Positions 55,126 to 64,000 of a stretch of 64,000 nucleotides of DNA are shown here, in pieces. How positions within the stretch are numbered: the stretch's first letter is position 1; every line of letters starts with the position of its first letter. Location of the stretch: NCBI GenBank assembly GCA_965229565.1, contig OZ245888.1, positions 37,801 to 101,800 on the forward strand. Direction: 5' to 3'. A program made the translations under genes and the position numbers. The notes under the pieces are model-generated. The model was not told where the DNA came from and ran no database searches. It worked only from the letters and a program-made list of their open reading frames with translations. The DNA comes from Gammaproteobacteria bacterium. GTDB taxonomy: Bacteria > Pseudomonadota > Gammaproteobacteria > Eutrophobiales > Eutrophobiaceae.

Positions 55126-56355
55126 CTATTCTGCCAATGCGCCGTTTTCCAGCCCAAAGGCCGCATGCAGTGTACGAACTCCCAGCTCTAGGTATTTTTC
55201 GGCCACAACCACAGAAACCTTAATTTCGGAGGTGGAAATCATCTGGATATTGATACCTTCATCCGCCAGCGCCTTGAACATTTTGCTGGCAATACCGGCA
55301 TGAGAGCGCATACCAACACCCACTACCGAGATCTTGGCGATCTTGTTATCACCCGTGACGGCCTTGGCCTTGATGTCCGCGGCCGTAGTTTTCAGGATCT
55401 TCATGGCCTGGTCGTAATCGTTACGGTGCACCGAGAAAGTAAAGTCGGTGGTGTTATCCACGCCGACGTTTTGCACGATCATATCGACCTCGATGTTCGC
55501 ATCGGCAATGGGGCCCAGTATTTGCGAGGCAATACCGGGTTGATCGGGCACGCCGACAATAGTCAGCTTGGCCTCGTCACGGTTGTGGGCAATGCCTGAA
55601 ATCAGTGCCGCTTCCATATTTTCATCCTCATCTGTTATCAGTGTACCCGGCCCGTCCTTGAAACTGGAGAGCACGCGGAGATTTACATTGTATTTTCTGG
55701 CAAATTCTACGGATCGTATCTGCAGTACCTTGGAGCCTAGACTGGCCATTTCCAGCATTTCCTCGTAGGTAATGCGGGGCAGGCGCTGGGCATCCTCGAC
55801 AATACGGGGATCGGCGGTGTAAACGCCGTCTACATCGGTATAGATCCGGCATTCGTCGGCATTCAGTGCCGCTGCCATGGCCACCGCCGTGGTATCTGAG
55901 CCACCTCGACCCAGCGTGGTGATATTGCCTTCCTCGTCGATACCCTGGAACCCGGCGATCACGACGACCTTGCCCGCATCCAGTTGTTTATGCACACGTT
56001 CTGATTCGATATCAAGGATGCGTGCCTTGCTATGCGCATTATCGGTACGGATATGGACCTGGCCACCGGTAAATGAAACGGCCGGCTGGCCTTTCTCAGA
56101 CAGCGCCATGCTGAGCAGCGCGATGGTGACCTGTTCACCGGTCGATAACAGGACGTCGAGTTCCCTTGCGGGCATTTCGTTGGAAATACTTTTTGCCAGC
56201 CCCAGCAACCGATCGGTCTCGCCGCTCATGGCCGATACCACGACCACCACCTGGTGCCCCTGGCCAATGGTCTTAATAACCTTGTCGGCAACGGCCTGGA
56301 TACGCTCGATTGTACCTACCGACGTACCGCCATATTTTTGAACTATAAGCGCCAT
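55126..56355 (-). CDS. lysC: Aspartate kinase (monofunctional, ACT-domain regulated)
   Basis: MALIVQKYGGTSVG N-terminus, kinase core and two C-terminal ACT domains. Confidence 0.85.
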   Translation of the reverse strand: MALIVQKYGGTSVGTIERIQAVADKVIKTIGQGHQVVVVVSAMSGETDRLLGLAKSISNEMPARELDVLLSTGEQVTIALLSMALSEKGQPAVSFTGGQVHIRTDNAHSKARILDIESERVHKQLDAGKVVVIAGFQGIDEEGNITTLGRGGSDTTAVAMAAALNADECRIYTDVDGVYTADPRIVEDAQRLPRITYEEMLEMASLGSKVLQIRSVEFARKYNVNLRVLSSFKDGPGTLITDEDENMEAALISGIAHNRDEAKLTIVGVPDQPGIASQILGPIADANIEVDMIVQNVGVDNTTDFTFSVHRNDYDQAMKILKTTAADIKAKAVTGDNKIAKISVVGVGMRSHAGIASKMFKALADEGINIQMISTSEIKVSVVVAEKYLELGVRTLHAAFGLENGALAE

Positions 56356-56538
56356 GCAGCGATCCTGTTAAAAAGCGCGGGATTCTAGCCGATTCACCGG
56401 CTTTAGGAAAGAAAAGTGGCTTGTATGGCTTTGCTATACAAGCCATCCCGGGCATTAGCGAGGGGCCTTTTGTTGACTGGATTTCTCGGCTAGCGCTCGA
56501 AATGACAGCGTTAGTAGCTTCGAAAAGACGAGATTATT

Positions 56539-59142
56539 TTAGAGCTGACTCCGGATCCAGTCGGGAACCTGTTTTAATGCGGCTTCCAGTGCGGTCGGAT
56601 CATTACCCCCGGCCTGGGCCATATCCGGGCGACCACCACCGCGACCACCCACCTGCTCGGCCACGAAATTCACCAGGTCGCCAGCCTTGATACGGTCAAC
56701 ACTGTCCTTGGTCACACCGGCCACCAGGCTCACCTTGGAATCGTTCACTGTGGCCAGTATAAGCGCGGCCGTACCGAGCTTGTTCTTGAGTTGGTCAACG
56801 GTATCACGCAGCGTTTTTGGATCGGCACCATCCAGTGTCTTGGCTATCACCTTGATACCGTCAATCACCTCGGCTTCATCGGCCATGTTGGTACCGGCAC
56901 TGCTGGCGAGTTTACCCTTCAACTGTTCCAGTTCCTTTTCCAGTTTCCGGATGCGGTCGACCTGCTGTGACAAACGACTATCGACGCTATCGATATCTGT
57001 CTTTAATAACTCGGAGACATGTTGCAATTTGCCTTCCACGTTTTCAGCCCAGTTCAGCGCACCGATACCGGTAACGGCTTCCACCCGGCGTACACCAGCG
57101 GCAATACCGGTCTCGGAGATAATCTTGAATAAACCAATATCGCCGGCTCGCTCCACGTGCGTGCCGCCACACAATTCTTTTGAAAATTCACCACCGATGC
57201 TGAGTACGCGTACCGTATCGTCATACTTTTCACCGAACAGCGACATGGCACCGGACTCTTTTGCTTTTTCCAGTGGCATTACCTGTACCAACGTTTCCTC
57301 GTTGGCCAGTATCTGTGCATTGATCATTTGTTCCAGTTGCACGATCTCTTCACGGGTTAATGGATCGTTATGGGAAAAATCAAAACGCAGGCGATCATCG
57401 GCAACCAGCGAGCCCTTTTGAGTCACATGATCGCCAAGTACCTTGCGCAGTGCCGTGTGCAACAAGTGTGTAGCAGAATGGTTGCGCATGATGTGTTCAC
57501 GGCGCGACGCATCAACGGAGGCATTCACGATATCGCCGACATGTAACTCGCCGGTACGTAACACACCAAGATGAATATGTGACTTGCCCTGCTTCTTGGT
57601 GTCTTCAACTTCGAAAAAGACATCACCTTCAAATAACTCACCGCGGTCACCTACCTGGCCACCCGACTGCGCGTAAAAAGGTGTTTCCAGTAATATGACG
57701 CCACCGATATCACCCTGCTTCAAGGTCTGTACGTTACGGCCATCCTGGTAGAGTCCGGTGACAGTGGTCTTCTGCTGTGTTCTTTCATAGCCGGTAAAGT
57801 TGGTAACAAGGTTGTCGTCGGCACTGACCATAATGCCCGCGTCAAACTTGCTGGCCGCACGGGCCCGTTTGCGCTGTTCGGCCATGGCCTTGTTAAAGCC
57901 ATCCATGTCGACACCTAAGCCGCGTTCGCGGGCGATGTCAGCAGTGAGATCAACCGGGAAACCGTAGGTGTCGTAGAGTCGAAATACATCATCACCGGCA
58001 ATCTGTTTATTTTTACCAAGTTCCGCGATGACCTCGTCCAGTACTTTCAGCCCCTGCTCCAGTGTCTCGGCAAAACGCTCTTCTTCTGCCAGCAGCACAC
58101 GCTCTATATGTTGAAGGGCTTTACCCAGTTCCGGGTAGGCGGCACCCATCACCTGTTCCAGCGGCACAACCAGTTTATGAAAGAACGGCTCCTTGAATCC
58201 CAGCTTGTTACCATGACGGATAGCACGACGAATGATACGCCGTAACACGTAACCACGACCCTCGTTAGCGGGAATTACACCATCGGTTATCAGGAAGGCA
58301 CAGGAACGGATGTGGTCTGCAACGACACGACTGGATGTCAATTCCAGTTCATCATTGCCTGCAAGATCTTTCGTTGCATTGATCAGATGCTGAAACAGAT
58401 CGATGTCGTAGTTGTTGTGGACGTGTTGCATAACCGCGGTAATGCGTTCAAGACCCATACCGGTATCCACCGAGGGATGCGGGATAGGTTTAAGTTCACC
58501 ATCCGATCCACGATCAAACTGGGTAAAAACCAGGTTCCAGATCTCGATATAACGATCCAGTTCGGCATCGGCGCTTCCGGGCGGACCACCAGGGACGTCT
58601 TCGCCATGGTCATAAAAGATCTCACTGCACGGACCACAAGGGCCGGTATCACCCATGGACCAGAAATTGTCTTTTTCGCCGCAACGACTGAAACGATCTT
58701 TCGATACACCGATTTCCTTTAACCAGATATCAGCGGCTTCATCGTCGTCCTCGAACACCGTGACCCAGAGTTTTTCTTCCGGTATTTTCAATACGTCTGT
58801 CAGGTATTCCCAGGCAAAACCGATTGCCTCTCTTTTGAAATAGTCGCCGAAGCTGAAATTACCGAGCATTTCAAAAAAGGTATGGTGACGCGCAGTGTAA
58901 CCCACGTTTTCAAGGTCGTTATGCTTACCACCGGCACGCACACAGCGTTGCGAACTCACCGCCCGCTGGTAGTTACGCTTCTCCCTGCCAAGAAACAGGT
59001 CCTTGAATTGCACCATGCCGGCGTTGGTAAATAAAAGGGTCGGGTCGTTACTCGGTACGAGCGAACTGCTGGGCACCTCAGTGTGCCCTTTCGATTTAAA
59101 GAAATCGATAAATGACTGGCGGATATCGTTACTGCTTTTCAT
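56539..59142 (-). CDS. alaS: Alanine--tRNA ligase
   Basis: 867 aa with class II aaRS motifs, editing-domain HxxxH/CxxxH, and a C-terminal DHHA1-like region. Confidence 0.9.
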   Translation of the reverse strand: MKSSNDIRQSFIDFFKSKGHTEVPSSSLVPSNDPTLLFTNAGMVQFKDLFLGREKRNYQRAVSSQRCVRAGGKHNDLENVGYTARHHTFFEMLGNFSFGDYFKREAIGFAWEYLTDVLKIPEEKLWVTVFEDDDEAADIWLKEIGVSKDRFSRCGEKDNFWSMGDTGPCGPCSEIFYDHGEDVPGGPPGSADAELDRYIEIWNLVFTQFDRGSDGELKPIPHPSVDTGMGLERITAVMQHVHNNYDIDLFQHLINATKDLAGNDELELTSSRVVADHIRSCAFLITDGVIPANEGRGYVLRRIIRRAIRHGNKLGFKEPFFHKLVVPLEQVMGAAYPELGKALQHIERVLLAEEERFAETLEQGLKVLDEVIAELGKNKQIAGDDVFRLYDTYGFPVDLTADIARERGLGVDMDGFNKAMAEQRKRARAASKFDAGIMVSADDNLVTNFTGYERTQQKTTVTGLYQDGRNVQTLKQGDIGGVILLETPFYAQSGGQVGDRGELFEGDVFFEVEDTKKQGKSHIHLGVLRTGELHVGDIVNASVDASRREHIMRNHSATHLLHTALRKVLGDHVTQKGSLVADDRLRFDFSHNDPLTREEIVQLEQMINAQILANEETLVQVMPLEKAKESGAMSLFGEKYDDTVRVLSIGGEFSKELCGGTHVERAGDIGLFKIISETGIAAGVRRVEAVTGIGALNWAENVEGKLQHVSELLKTDIDSVDSRLSQQVDRIRKLEKELEQLKGKLASSAGTNMADEAEVIDGIKVIAKTLDGADPKTLRDTVDQLKNKLGTAALILATVNDSKVSLVAGVTKDSVDRIKAGDLVNFVAEQVGGRGGGRPDMAQAGGNDPTALEAALKQVPDWIRSQL

Positions 59143-59558
59143 TCTTTCAGGACGAGACTGATCTGTTCCGATGTAAAACCGCGACTATATAGGAAACGCG
59201 ACTGTTTTGCCTTATTTTGGTAGTCGCGTGGAACGTCACTGCCGAATTTTTTTACCCTGGTTTGCTCGGCCAACGCCAGCCAGTCCAGCTGATCGGCATT
59301 CAGACAATCTGCTATCAGCCCGGTGTCTATACCACGCTGATTCAGTTCCTGTTTGATCTTGAGTGGGCCCTGTCCCTTGTTGTAACGCTGTTGCACAAAA
59401 CTCTCTGCAAAGCGGGCATCGCTTTGTAGCCCCTCTGCAGAGAGTTTATCCAGTAGCTCTTCGATTAATTCATCGTCTTTACAGTTGCGAGACAGCTTTT
59501 GCCGCAGTTCCCTGCGGCTGTGCTCACGTCTTGCCAGGAAGTCGCAGGCTTTCTGCAA
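59139..59558 (-). CDS. recX: RecA regulator RecX
   Basis: 139 aa three-helical-repeat protein between recA and alaS, with a RecX-like repeat pattern. Confidence 0.7.
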   Translation of the reverse strand: MQKACDFLARREHSRRELRQKLSRNCKDDELIEELLDKLSAEGLQSDARFAESFVQQRYNKGQGPLKIKQELNQRGIDTGLIADCLNADQLDWLALAEQTRVKKFGSDVPRDYQNKAKQSRFLYSRGFTSEQISLVLKE

Positions 59559-59578
59559 GACTTCCTGGCGTTCTGTGA

Positions 59579-60643
59579 TCAGGCTACTACCTCTTCATCC
59601 GGGGCGTCCTCGGCCACGTCTTCTTCAGTGACCGGTAACACGGTGGGGAGTAATTGTGCGCGAATCTTTGCCTGTAGTTGATCCGCGATTTCCGGGTTTT
59701 CTTTCAGGTAGGTTCGTACATTGTCCTTGCCCTGGCCGATGCGCTCATCGCCGTAGCTGTACCAGGCACCGGCCTTGTCGATCAGCCCCAACTGCACGCC
59801 GAGATCGATGATCTCACCATGACGGGAGATGCCCTCACCGTAAAGAATATCAAACTCGGCCTGCTTGAACGGGGGTGCTATCTTGTTCTTGACGACCTTG
59901 ACGCGGGTCTCGTTGCCTACTACTTCATCACCCTTCTTGATGGCACCGATACGGCGAATGTCGAGTCGCACACTGGAATAAAACTTCAGTGCATTACCAC
60001 CGGTTGTCGTTTCCGGGTTACCAAACATAACACCGATCTTCATACGGATCTGGTTAATAAAGATGACGCAGCAATTGGCGCGCTTGATGTTACCGGTCAG
60101 TTTACGTAGTGCCTGTGACATCAGGCGTGCAGCCAGACCCATGTGCGAGTCACCCATTTCACCTTCAATTTCTGCCTTGGGTACCAGTGCCGCTACCGAG
60201 TCGATGACGACCAGTTCTACCGCGCCACTGCGAACCAGCATGTCGCAGATTTCCAGTGCCTGTTCGCCCGTGTCCGGTTGCGATACCAGCAGTTCATCAA
60301 TATCCACGCCCAGCTTTTCAGCATAGATAGGGTCCAGTGCATGCTCGGCATCGATAAAGGCGCAGGTTTTACCCTGTTTCTGTGCCTCGGCGATGGCCGA
60401 CAGGGTCAGCGTGGTTTTACCAGAGGATTCCGGACCGTATATTTCAACGATACGACCATACGGTAAACCGCCTGCGCCCAGCGCAATATCCAGTCCCAGG
60501 GAACCGGTACTGACAGTCGGAATTGCCGCAACCGGCTGGTCTCCCATTTTCATGACCGAGCCCTTGCCGAACTGTTTTTCGATCTGGCCCAGTGCCATAC
60601 TCAGTGCACGTTTCTTGTCGTCATCTACCTTTGCTGTTGCCAT
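59579..60643 (-). CDS. recA: Recombinase RecA
   Basis: GPESSGKTT Walker A, L1/L2 loops, canonical length (354 aa). Confidence 0.95.
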   Translation of the reverse strand: MATAKVDDDKKRALSMALGQIEKQFGKGSVMKMGDQPVAAIPTVSTGSLGLDIALGAGGLPYGRIVEIYGPESSGKTTLTLSAIAEAQKQGKTCAFIDAEHALDPIYAEKLGVDIDELLVSQPDTGEQALEICDMLVRSGAVELVVIDSVAALVPKAEIEGEMGDSHMGLAARLMSQALRKLTGNIKRANCCVIFINQIRMKIGVMFGNPETTTGGNALKFYSSVRLDIRRIGAIKKGDEVVGNETRVKVVKNKIAPPFKQAEFDILYGEGISRHGEIIDLGVQLGLIDKAGAWYSYGDERIGQGKDNVRTYLKENPEIADQLQAKIRAQLLPTVLPVTEEDVAEDAPDEEVVA

Positions 60644-60677
60644 CGTAATATCTCCTTATCCAGTTTATCGATGCCTG

Positions 60678-60697
60678 TCGTTCCCCCTCGAACGACC
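60678..60697. promoter_or_regulatory. Perfect 7-bp inverted repeat GTCGTTC-N6-GAACGAC in the recA upstream region; candidate operator
   Basis: Located 35-55 nt upstream of the recA start, in the divergent intergenic region shared with the WYL regulator gene. I found no CTGT-N8-ACAG LexA box by inspection of 60644-60812. Confidence 0.35.
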
Positions 60698-60812
60698 AGT
60701 TGCCGATAGAATAGGCAATACTTTTTTTGATGTCAATATTTTTTATTACCTTTATATTTTTTACTATGTAATAAATTCTATCGAGGTATTTTCATTTCGG
60801 TATACTTTGACC

Positions 60813-61682
60813 ATGTTGAATGAAATCAAGTGGGCCACCCGCCAGCGGCTGCAGTTTATAGAAGTAATGGCTTACTACACAGGTGTGGTCACACGCAGCG
60901 ACGTGGCACGGGCCTTTGCCATTTCCGACGCGGCCGCGACAAAGGACCTCAAGTACTACGGGGATATTGCCCCTGGCAACCTGAACTACAAGCACAGCGT
61001 GTTCGGTTTCGTTCCTACGGCCGATTTCAGCGCCGTATTCGCCGATCTGTCGCCCACCACCGTATTACCCATGCTGGAAGCCAACCTGACCGTGGTTGGC
61101 AGTCCTGACCCGGATGAACCGGTATTTGGCGTTGCCTCGGAAAACCTGGTGTTGCCCAACCGTTTGCCCGGCCAGGAGGTACTGAGCCAGATTACACGGG
61201 CCATCCATGGTAGCAACAGGCTAAAAGTCAGCTATCACTCACTATCTGAAAATTCAAATATTGAAAGGATTATTGAGCCACATGCCCTGGTGAACACCGG
61301 TTTTCGCTGGCACGTACGTGCCTACAACGAGGACAGTTTTGATTTCCGGGATTTCGTTCTGTCACGTTTCGTGGAGGCCACCTGTCTCGAGGAAGCGGCC
61401 GAATCCAGTGCCCGCTACGACGAGGACTGGATAGAATTCGTGGTATTGAAGCTTGGCCCCCACCCAGCTCTGAGCCAGAAACAGAAGGCTAGCCTGCTGA
61501 TCGACTACAAGGCAGAAAAAGAGATCATTGAAATACGCATTCGCCGGGCACTGATCGGCTACCTGTTACGACAGTTAAGCGTCGATACCAGTGCAGACCA
61601 TTCGCGTGACCCGATACAGTATCAACTGGTGGTATTGAACCGCGACGAGATCGAGCCGTTTGCGAGTTGGGCGTTTAACTAA
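60813..61682 (+). CDS. HTH-WYL domain transcriptional regulator (PafBC/DriD-like architecture), divergent from recA
   Basis: The ORF-track 5' extension overlaps recA and is rejected. ATG at 60813 gives MLNEIKW... N-terminal wHTH (RQRLQFIEVMAYYTGVVTRSDVARAFAIS), central WYL-like segment (IIEPHALVNTGFRWHVRAYNEDSFDFRDFVLSRF), and a C-terminal extension. Confidence 0.6.
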   Translation: MLNEIKWATRQRLQFIEVMAYYTGVVTRSDVARAFAISDAAATKDLKYYGDIAPGNLNYKHSVFGFVPTADFSAVFADLSPTTVLPMLEANLTVVGSPDPDEPVFGVASENLVLPNRLPGQEVLSQITRAIHGSNRLKVSYHSLSENSNIERIIEPHALVNTGFRWHVRAYNEDSFDFRDFVLSRFVEATCLEEAAESSARYDEDWIEFVVLKLGPHPALSQKQKASLLIDYKAEKEIIEIRIRRALIGYLLRQLSVDTSADHSRDPIQYQLVVLNRDEIEPFASWAFN

Positions 61683-62187
61683 ACAGCCAGGACTTTAAAA
61701 CGCGGTACGTCACCCCACCTGGCCCTGATTCGGAAACGATCAGTGCAAAACGATTTATATGCCAATCGATAGAAAATCGATTTTTAGCAATGATGTTTTG
61801 TTTGACCTTTCTGGCAAAGGTCACGTGTGGTTTATAGCGACGTTTATCGGGCTTGATGCCATGCGGTTTCAGTATTACAGCGATAGCTTCGACAAGATCT
61901 AACAACTGTGGCGGGTGCTGTTCCGGCCCAAGCCAGGCAATACGGGGTTTTTCCCACCAGCCAACGCGCGTGAGTGTCAGCGTAAACTGTTTAGCCTTTA
62001 TTGATGCCGCATCCCTGGTCACTTCCTTTTGAACATGTTCGGAAACCTCGCCGAGAAATGCGAGTGTCATGTGCAGGTTTGATTTTGCTACCAGTCGAAC
62101 AGGCTCATCTTGAAACTGCGTCGCAACCTGGTAAAGCTGGTCACGCGTTTCATCATCCGGCCACAAGGCAAAGAACAGGCGCGACAT
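61675..62187 (-). CDS. thpR: RNA 2',3'-cyclic phosphodiesterase (2H family, LigT/ThpR)
   Basis: Two HxT/S motifs (HMTLAF, HVTFAR). 170 aa. Confidence 0.75.
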   Translation of the reverse strand: MSRLFFALWPDDETRDQLYQVATQFQDEPVRLVAKSNLHMTLAFLGEVSEHVQKEVTRDAASIKAKQFTLTLTRVGWWEKPRIAWLGPEQHPPQLLDLVEAIAVILKPHGIKPDKRRYKPHVTFARKVKQNIIAKNRFSIDWHINRFALIVSESGPGGVTYRVLKSWLFS

Positions 62188-62192
62188 GACTG

Positions 62193-63359
62193 TCAGGAAG
62201 AAATGGTAACCATGACCAGCGTCTGGTCATCCTGTTCATTGGAATTACTGACGTGCTGATGATAAGTATCCATGAAGTTTGACATTAACAACTCTGCCGA
62301 GCCGGCCGGGCTTTGTTCCAGTACCGATTTCAAACGATCAAAACCAAACTGTTCACCGGAGATCGATTCGGCCTCGGTAATACCATCGGTATATAAAACA
62401 ATGGTATCGCCCTGCTCGAGCTGCGTGGTTTCCGTAGTCCAGCTATAGTCGCGTTCTATGCCAATCGGTATGCCGGTTTTACTTTGCAGTACGCTGACGT
62501 GGCCTTCATGGTGCTTGATCAATATTGGCAGATGACCGGCAGAGGCGTAGGAAAAAATATCTGTCGATGCATCATAGTTACAAAGAATACCGGTACTGAA
62601 GCCACCGCGATATTCGCGCGTGAAATAATACTTGTTGACGTATTTCAGCACATCGCCGGGGCCGGAGCCGGCCTGGTACTCGTACGTACGCAGGATGGCA
62701 TCGACCATGGCGACCTCTACTGCGGCACCTGGACCATGGCCCGAGACATCCATCAGCCCGACTCCCCAGATCAATGGCGGATTTTCAACCCCGGCGCGTT
62801 TACGAGATGGACGCAGGTCAATCACATCGAAGTAATCGCCGCCGCCGCCAACACTGGGACGGTAATAGGTTGCATAGTCCAGGCCCTCGATACGATGACC
62901 TTCAGATGGCAACAGCTTTTCCTTGATGGTTTTTACTTCACGGATATAGTCCTGGTATTTCTTTTCTTTCCTGTCATTTATTTTTACCAGTCGATCATTT
63001 TCAACCAGTGCATCAACCAGGTTTAATAATAGTTGCGGCTCATAACTATCCATCACTTTTTTACCGGGTGCGGCAGCAAGCAGGTAGTGAGCCCTGGGTT
63101 GTAGTTGCAAGGGAGACAAGATCACGTCATCACAGTCAGTAAATAGTCCCTGCAATACTTCAGGTAAATTTTCAATGGCAAGATACAGGCTGTGGTTATT
63201 ATTAGTTGGTACTTCGAATGGTGCATCGAGCTGTATGTCTTTCTCGTTTCCAAGTACATGCTGCACACCGTCGACTGTGGTCAATTCATACACAGTCATG
63301 CCGGGTAATGCCTGCAGGACCCGCTGCATAAGTGAGGAATAGGCAGAGCCCGTTTTCAT
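62193..63359 (-). CDS. PP2C-family (SpoIIE/RsbU-like) Ser/Thr phosphatase with N-terminal sensory region
   Basis: GLMDVSGHGPGAAVEVAM, LYTDGITEA and DDQTLVMV metal-binding motifs. Confidence 0.65.
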   Translation of the reverse strand: MKTGSAYSSLMQRVLQALPGMTVYELTTVDGVQHVLGNEKDIQLDAPFEVPTNNNHSLYLAIENLPEVLQGLFTDCDDVILSPLQLQPRAHYLLAAAPGKKVMDSYEPQLLLNLVDALVENDRLVKINDRKEKKYQDYIREVKTIKEKLLPSEGHRIEGLDYATYYRPSVGGGGDYFDVIDLRPSRKRAGVENPPLIWGVGLMDVSGHGPGAAVEVAMVDAILRTYEYQAGSGPGDVLKYVNKYYFTREYRGGFSTGILCNYDASTDIFSYASAGHLPILIKHHEGHVSVLQSKTGIPIGIERDYSWTTETTQLEQGDTIVLYTDGITEAESISGEQFGFDRLKSVLEQSPAGSAELLMSNFMDTYHQHVSNSNEQDDQTLVMVTISS

Positions 63360-63856
63360 TCAAGTTCCTGGCTGGTTATGTCAATCAAACCCTGCAAGGC
63401 AAGTAAACAGGCCTGTTCCCTGACCTGCTGTCGATCACCATTGAATTGCACCCGCGTTGTTTTTATTTCACCGGTTGCACCATACCAGCCAAAACAAACC
63501 GTACCCACCGGCTTGTCATCTGTCCCTCCATCAGGCCCGGCAATTCCGGTAACAGACACGCCAAACTGCGCGTGGCTGTTGGCCAGTGCACCGGCCACCA
63601 TCTCTGCAGCAGTTTGCTCGCTGACAGCGCCGAACTGTTCGAGTGTTTCCCGGGAGACGTTCAGCAGTTCCACCTTGGCTTCATTTGAATAAGTCACGAA
63701 ACCGCGATCAAACCATGCCGAACTGCCGGCGATGCTGGTCAGATGCTCCGCCAGGCCGCCGCCAGTACAGGATTCCGCTGTTACCAGCGCGGCTGACAGC
63801 CTGGTCAGGTTTTCAGCCAATTGTTCAACCGTATTAATAATGTTTGGATTTGGCAT
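63356..63856 (-). CDS. CinA-family / NMN amidohydrolase PncC-like protein
   Basis: CinA C-terminal domain signature (ESCTGGGLAE...VSVTGIAGPDGG). Overlaps the phosphatase start. Confidence 0.7.
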   Translation of the reverse strand: MPNPNIINTVEQLAENLTRLSAALVTAESCTGGGLAEHLTSIAGSSAWFDRGFVTYSNEAKVELLNVSRETLEQFGAVSEQTAAEMVAGALANSHAQFGVSVTGIAGPDGGTDDKPVGTVCFGWYGATGEIKTTRVQFNGDRQQVREQACLLALQGLIDITSQELE

Positions 63857-64000
63857 ATATTCAGTTATTCAAACCATGATAATACCCCAGGTACTAAACC
63901 TGGTTTCTCTTCTTCCTGAAAAACCCTTGAATAAGTGTCTTACTCTCGTCTTCCATAACGTTAGTGGTAATCCCGGTTCTGTGATTAAGCTCGTCTGATT

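Noticed and set aside
56687-57421. 244-aa plus-strand ORF
   Set aside because: It lies entirely antisense within alaS, is Ser/Thr/Pro-rich and low-complexity, and has no motif. It is an antisense artefact of a GC-rich coding region.
60393-60812. 5' extension of the 429-aa plus-strand ORF overlapping recA
   Set aside because: It runs antisense through the recA N-terminus with no start-codon context. The recognisable protein (HTH-WYL) begins at the ATG at 60813, after an AT-rich promoter region.
60644-60812. LexA/SOS box upstream of recA
   Set aside because: I searched by eye for CTGT-N8-ACAG and related gammaproteobacterial boxes. None is present, and only the GTCGTTC-N6-GAACGAC palindrome was seen.

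Overview
This 64 kb window is a gammaproteobacterial chromosomal segment, dense with genes on both strands. I found no rRNA, CRISPR array, transposase or integrase.

Layout from start to end:

- **1-9.3 kb (minus strand): nitrate/nitrite assimilation locus.** It contains the 5' part of nirB (runs off the window start), a fused nrtCD ATPase, nrtB, nrtA, the NasS/NasT (ANTAR) nitrate-sensing antiterminator pair, and an outer-membrane porin. Rho-independent terminators sit just upstream of the nrtA and porin start codons, consistent with NasT-type antitermination.
- **9.8-14.9 kb (plus strand): a five-gene redox operon preceded by a third such leader terminator.** Gene 1 is a NirB-N-terminal-like NAD(P)H flavoprotein fused to a ferric-reductase-like di-heme-b membrane domain. 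It is followed by a membrane-anchored ~11-heme cytochrome c, a DUF3365-like heme protein, a c5-type cytochrome and a Vitreoscilla-type globin.
- **15.4-18.2 kb: a bqsPQRS-like module** with two PepSY proteins, an OmpR-type response regulator and a sensor kinase.
- **18.3-24.0 kb:** a Sel1-repeat lipoprotein, a VOC/glyoxalase protein, tRNA-Arg(TCG), hemN with a perfect FNR box, a cfa-like methyltransferase and an APC permease.
- **24.5-45.7 kb (all minus strand): a long metal-resistance array.**
  - It begins with a second split module: a flavin/2Fe-2S reductase with a His/Met-rich periplasmic domain, a separate ferric-reductase-like heme-b membrane protein and a heptaheme cytochrome c.
  - Next are Met/His-rich periplasmic proteins, a c-type cytochrome, copB, copA (multicopper oxidase) and gdhA.
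  - Then come small membrane and His-rich proteins, a CopK-like protein, a YHS protein, a P1B-type ATPase with atypical metal-binding motifs, a MerR regulator, a P-II-like protein and cusCBA.
- **46.3-50.6 kb:** a BLUF photoreceptor followed by an MBL/beta-CASP hydrolase, a thymidine-phosphorylase-like protein and a PRPP-synthetase-like protein in one operon.
- **50.9-53.7 kb:** an alpha/beta hydrolase and a Ser/Thr kinase fused to a PilZ domain.
- **53.9-64.0 kb:** tRNA-Arg(ACG) and tRNA-Ser(GCT) surrounded by tRNA-3'-end-derived structured repeats, then csrA, lysC, alaS, recX and recA. Divergent from recA is an HTH-WYL regulator, followed by thpR, a PP2C phosphatase and cinA/pncC.

The most interesting signal is that the window holds two differently built versions of the same apparent system. 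In both, a cytoplasmic NAD(P)H flavoprotein with a 2Fe-2S centre feeds a ferric-reductase-type di-heme-b membrane domain, which would pass electrons to periplasmic multiheme cytochromes c. One copy is tied to the nitrate/nitrite regulon; the other sits inside the copper island.
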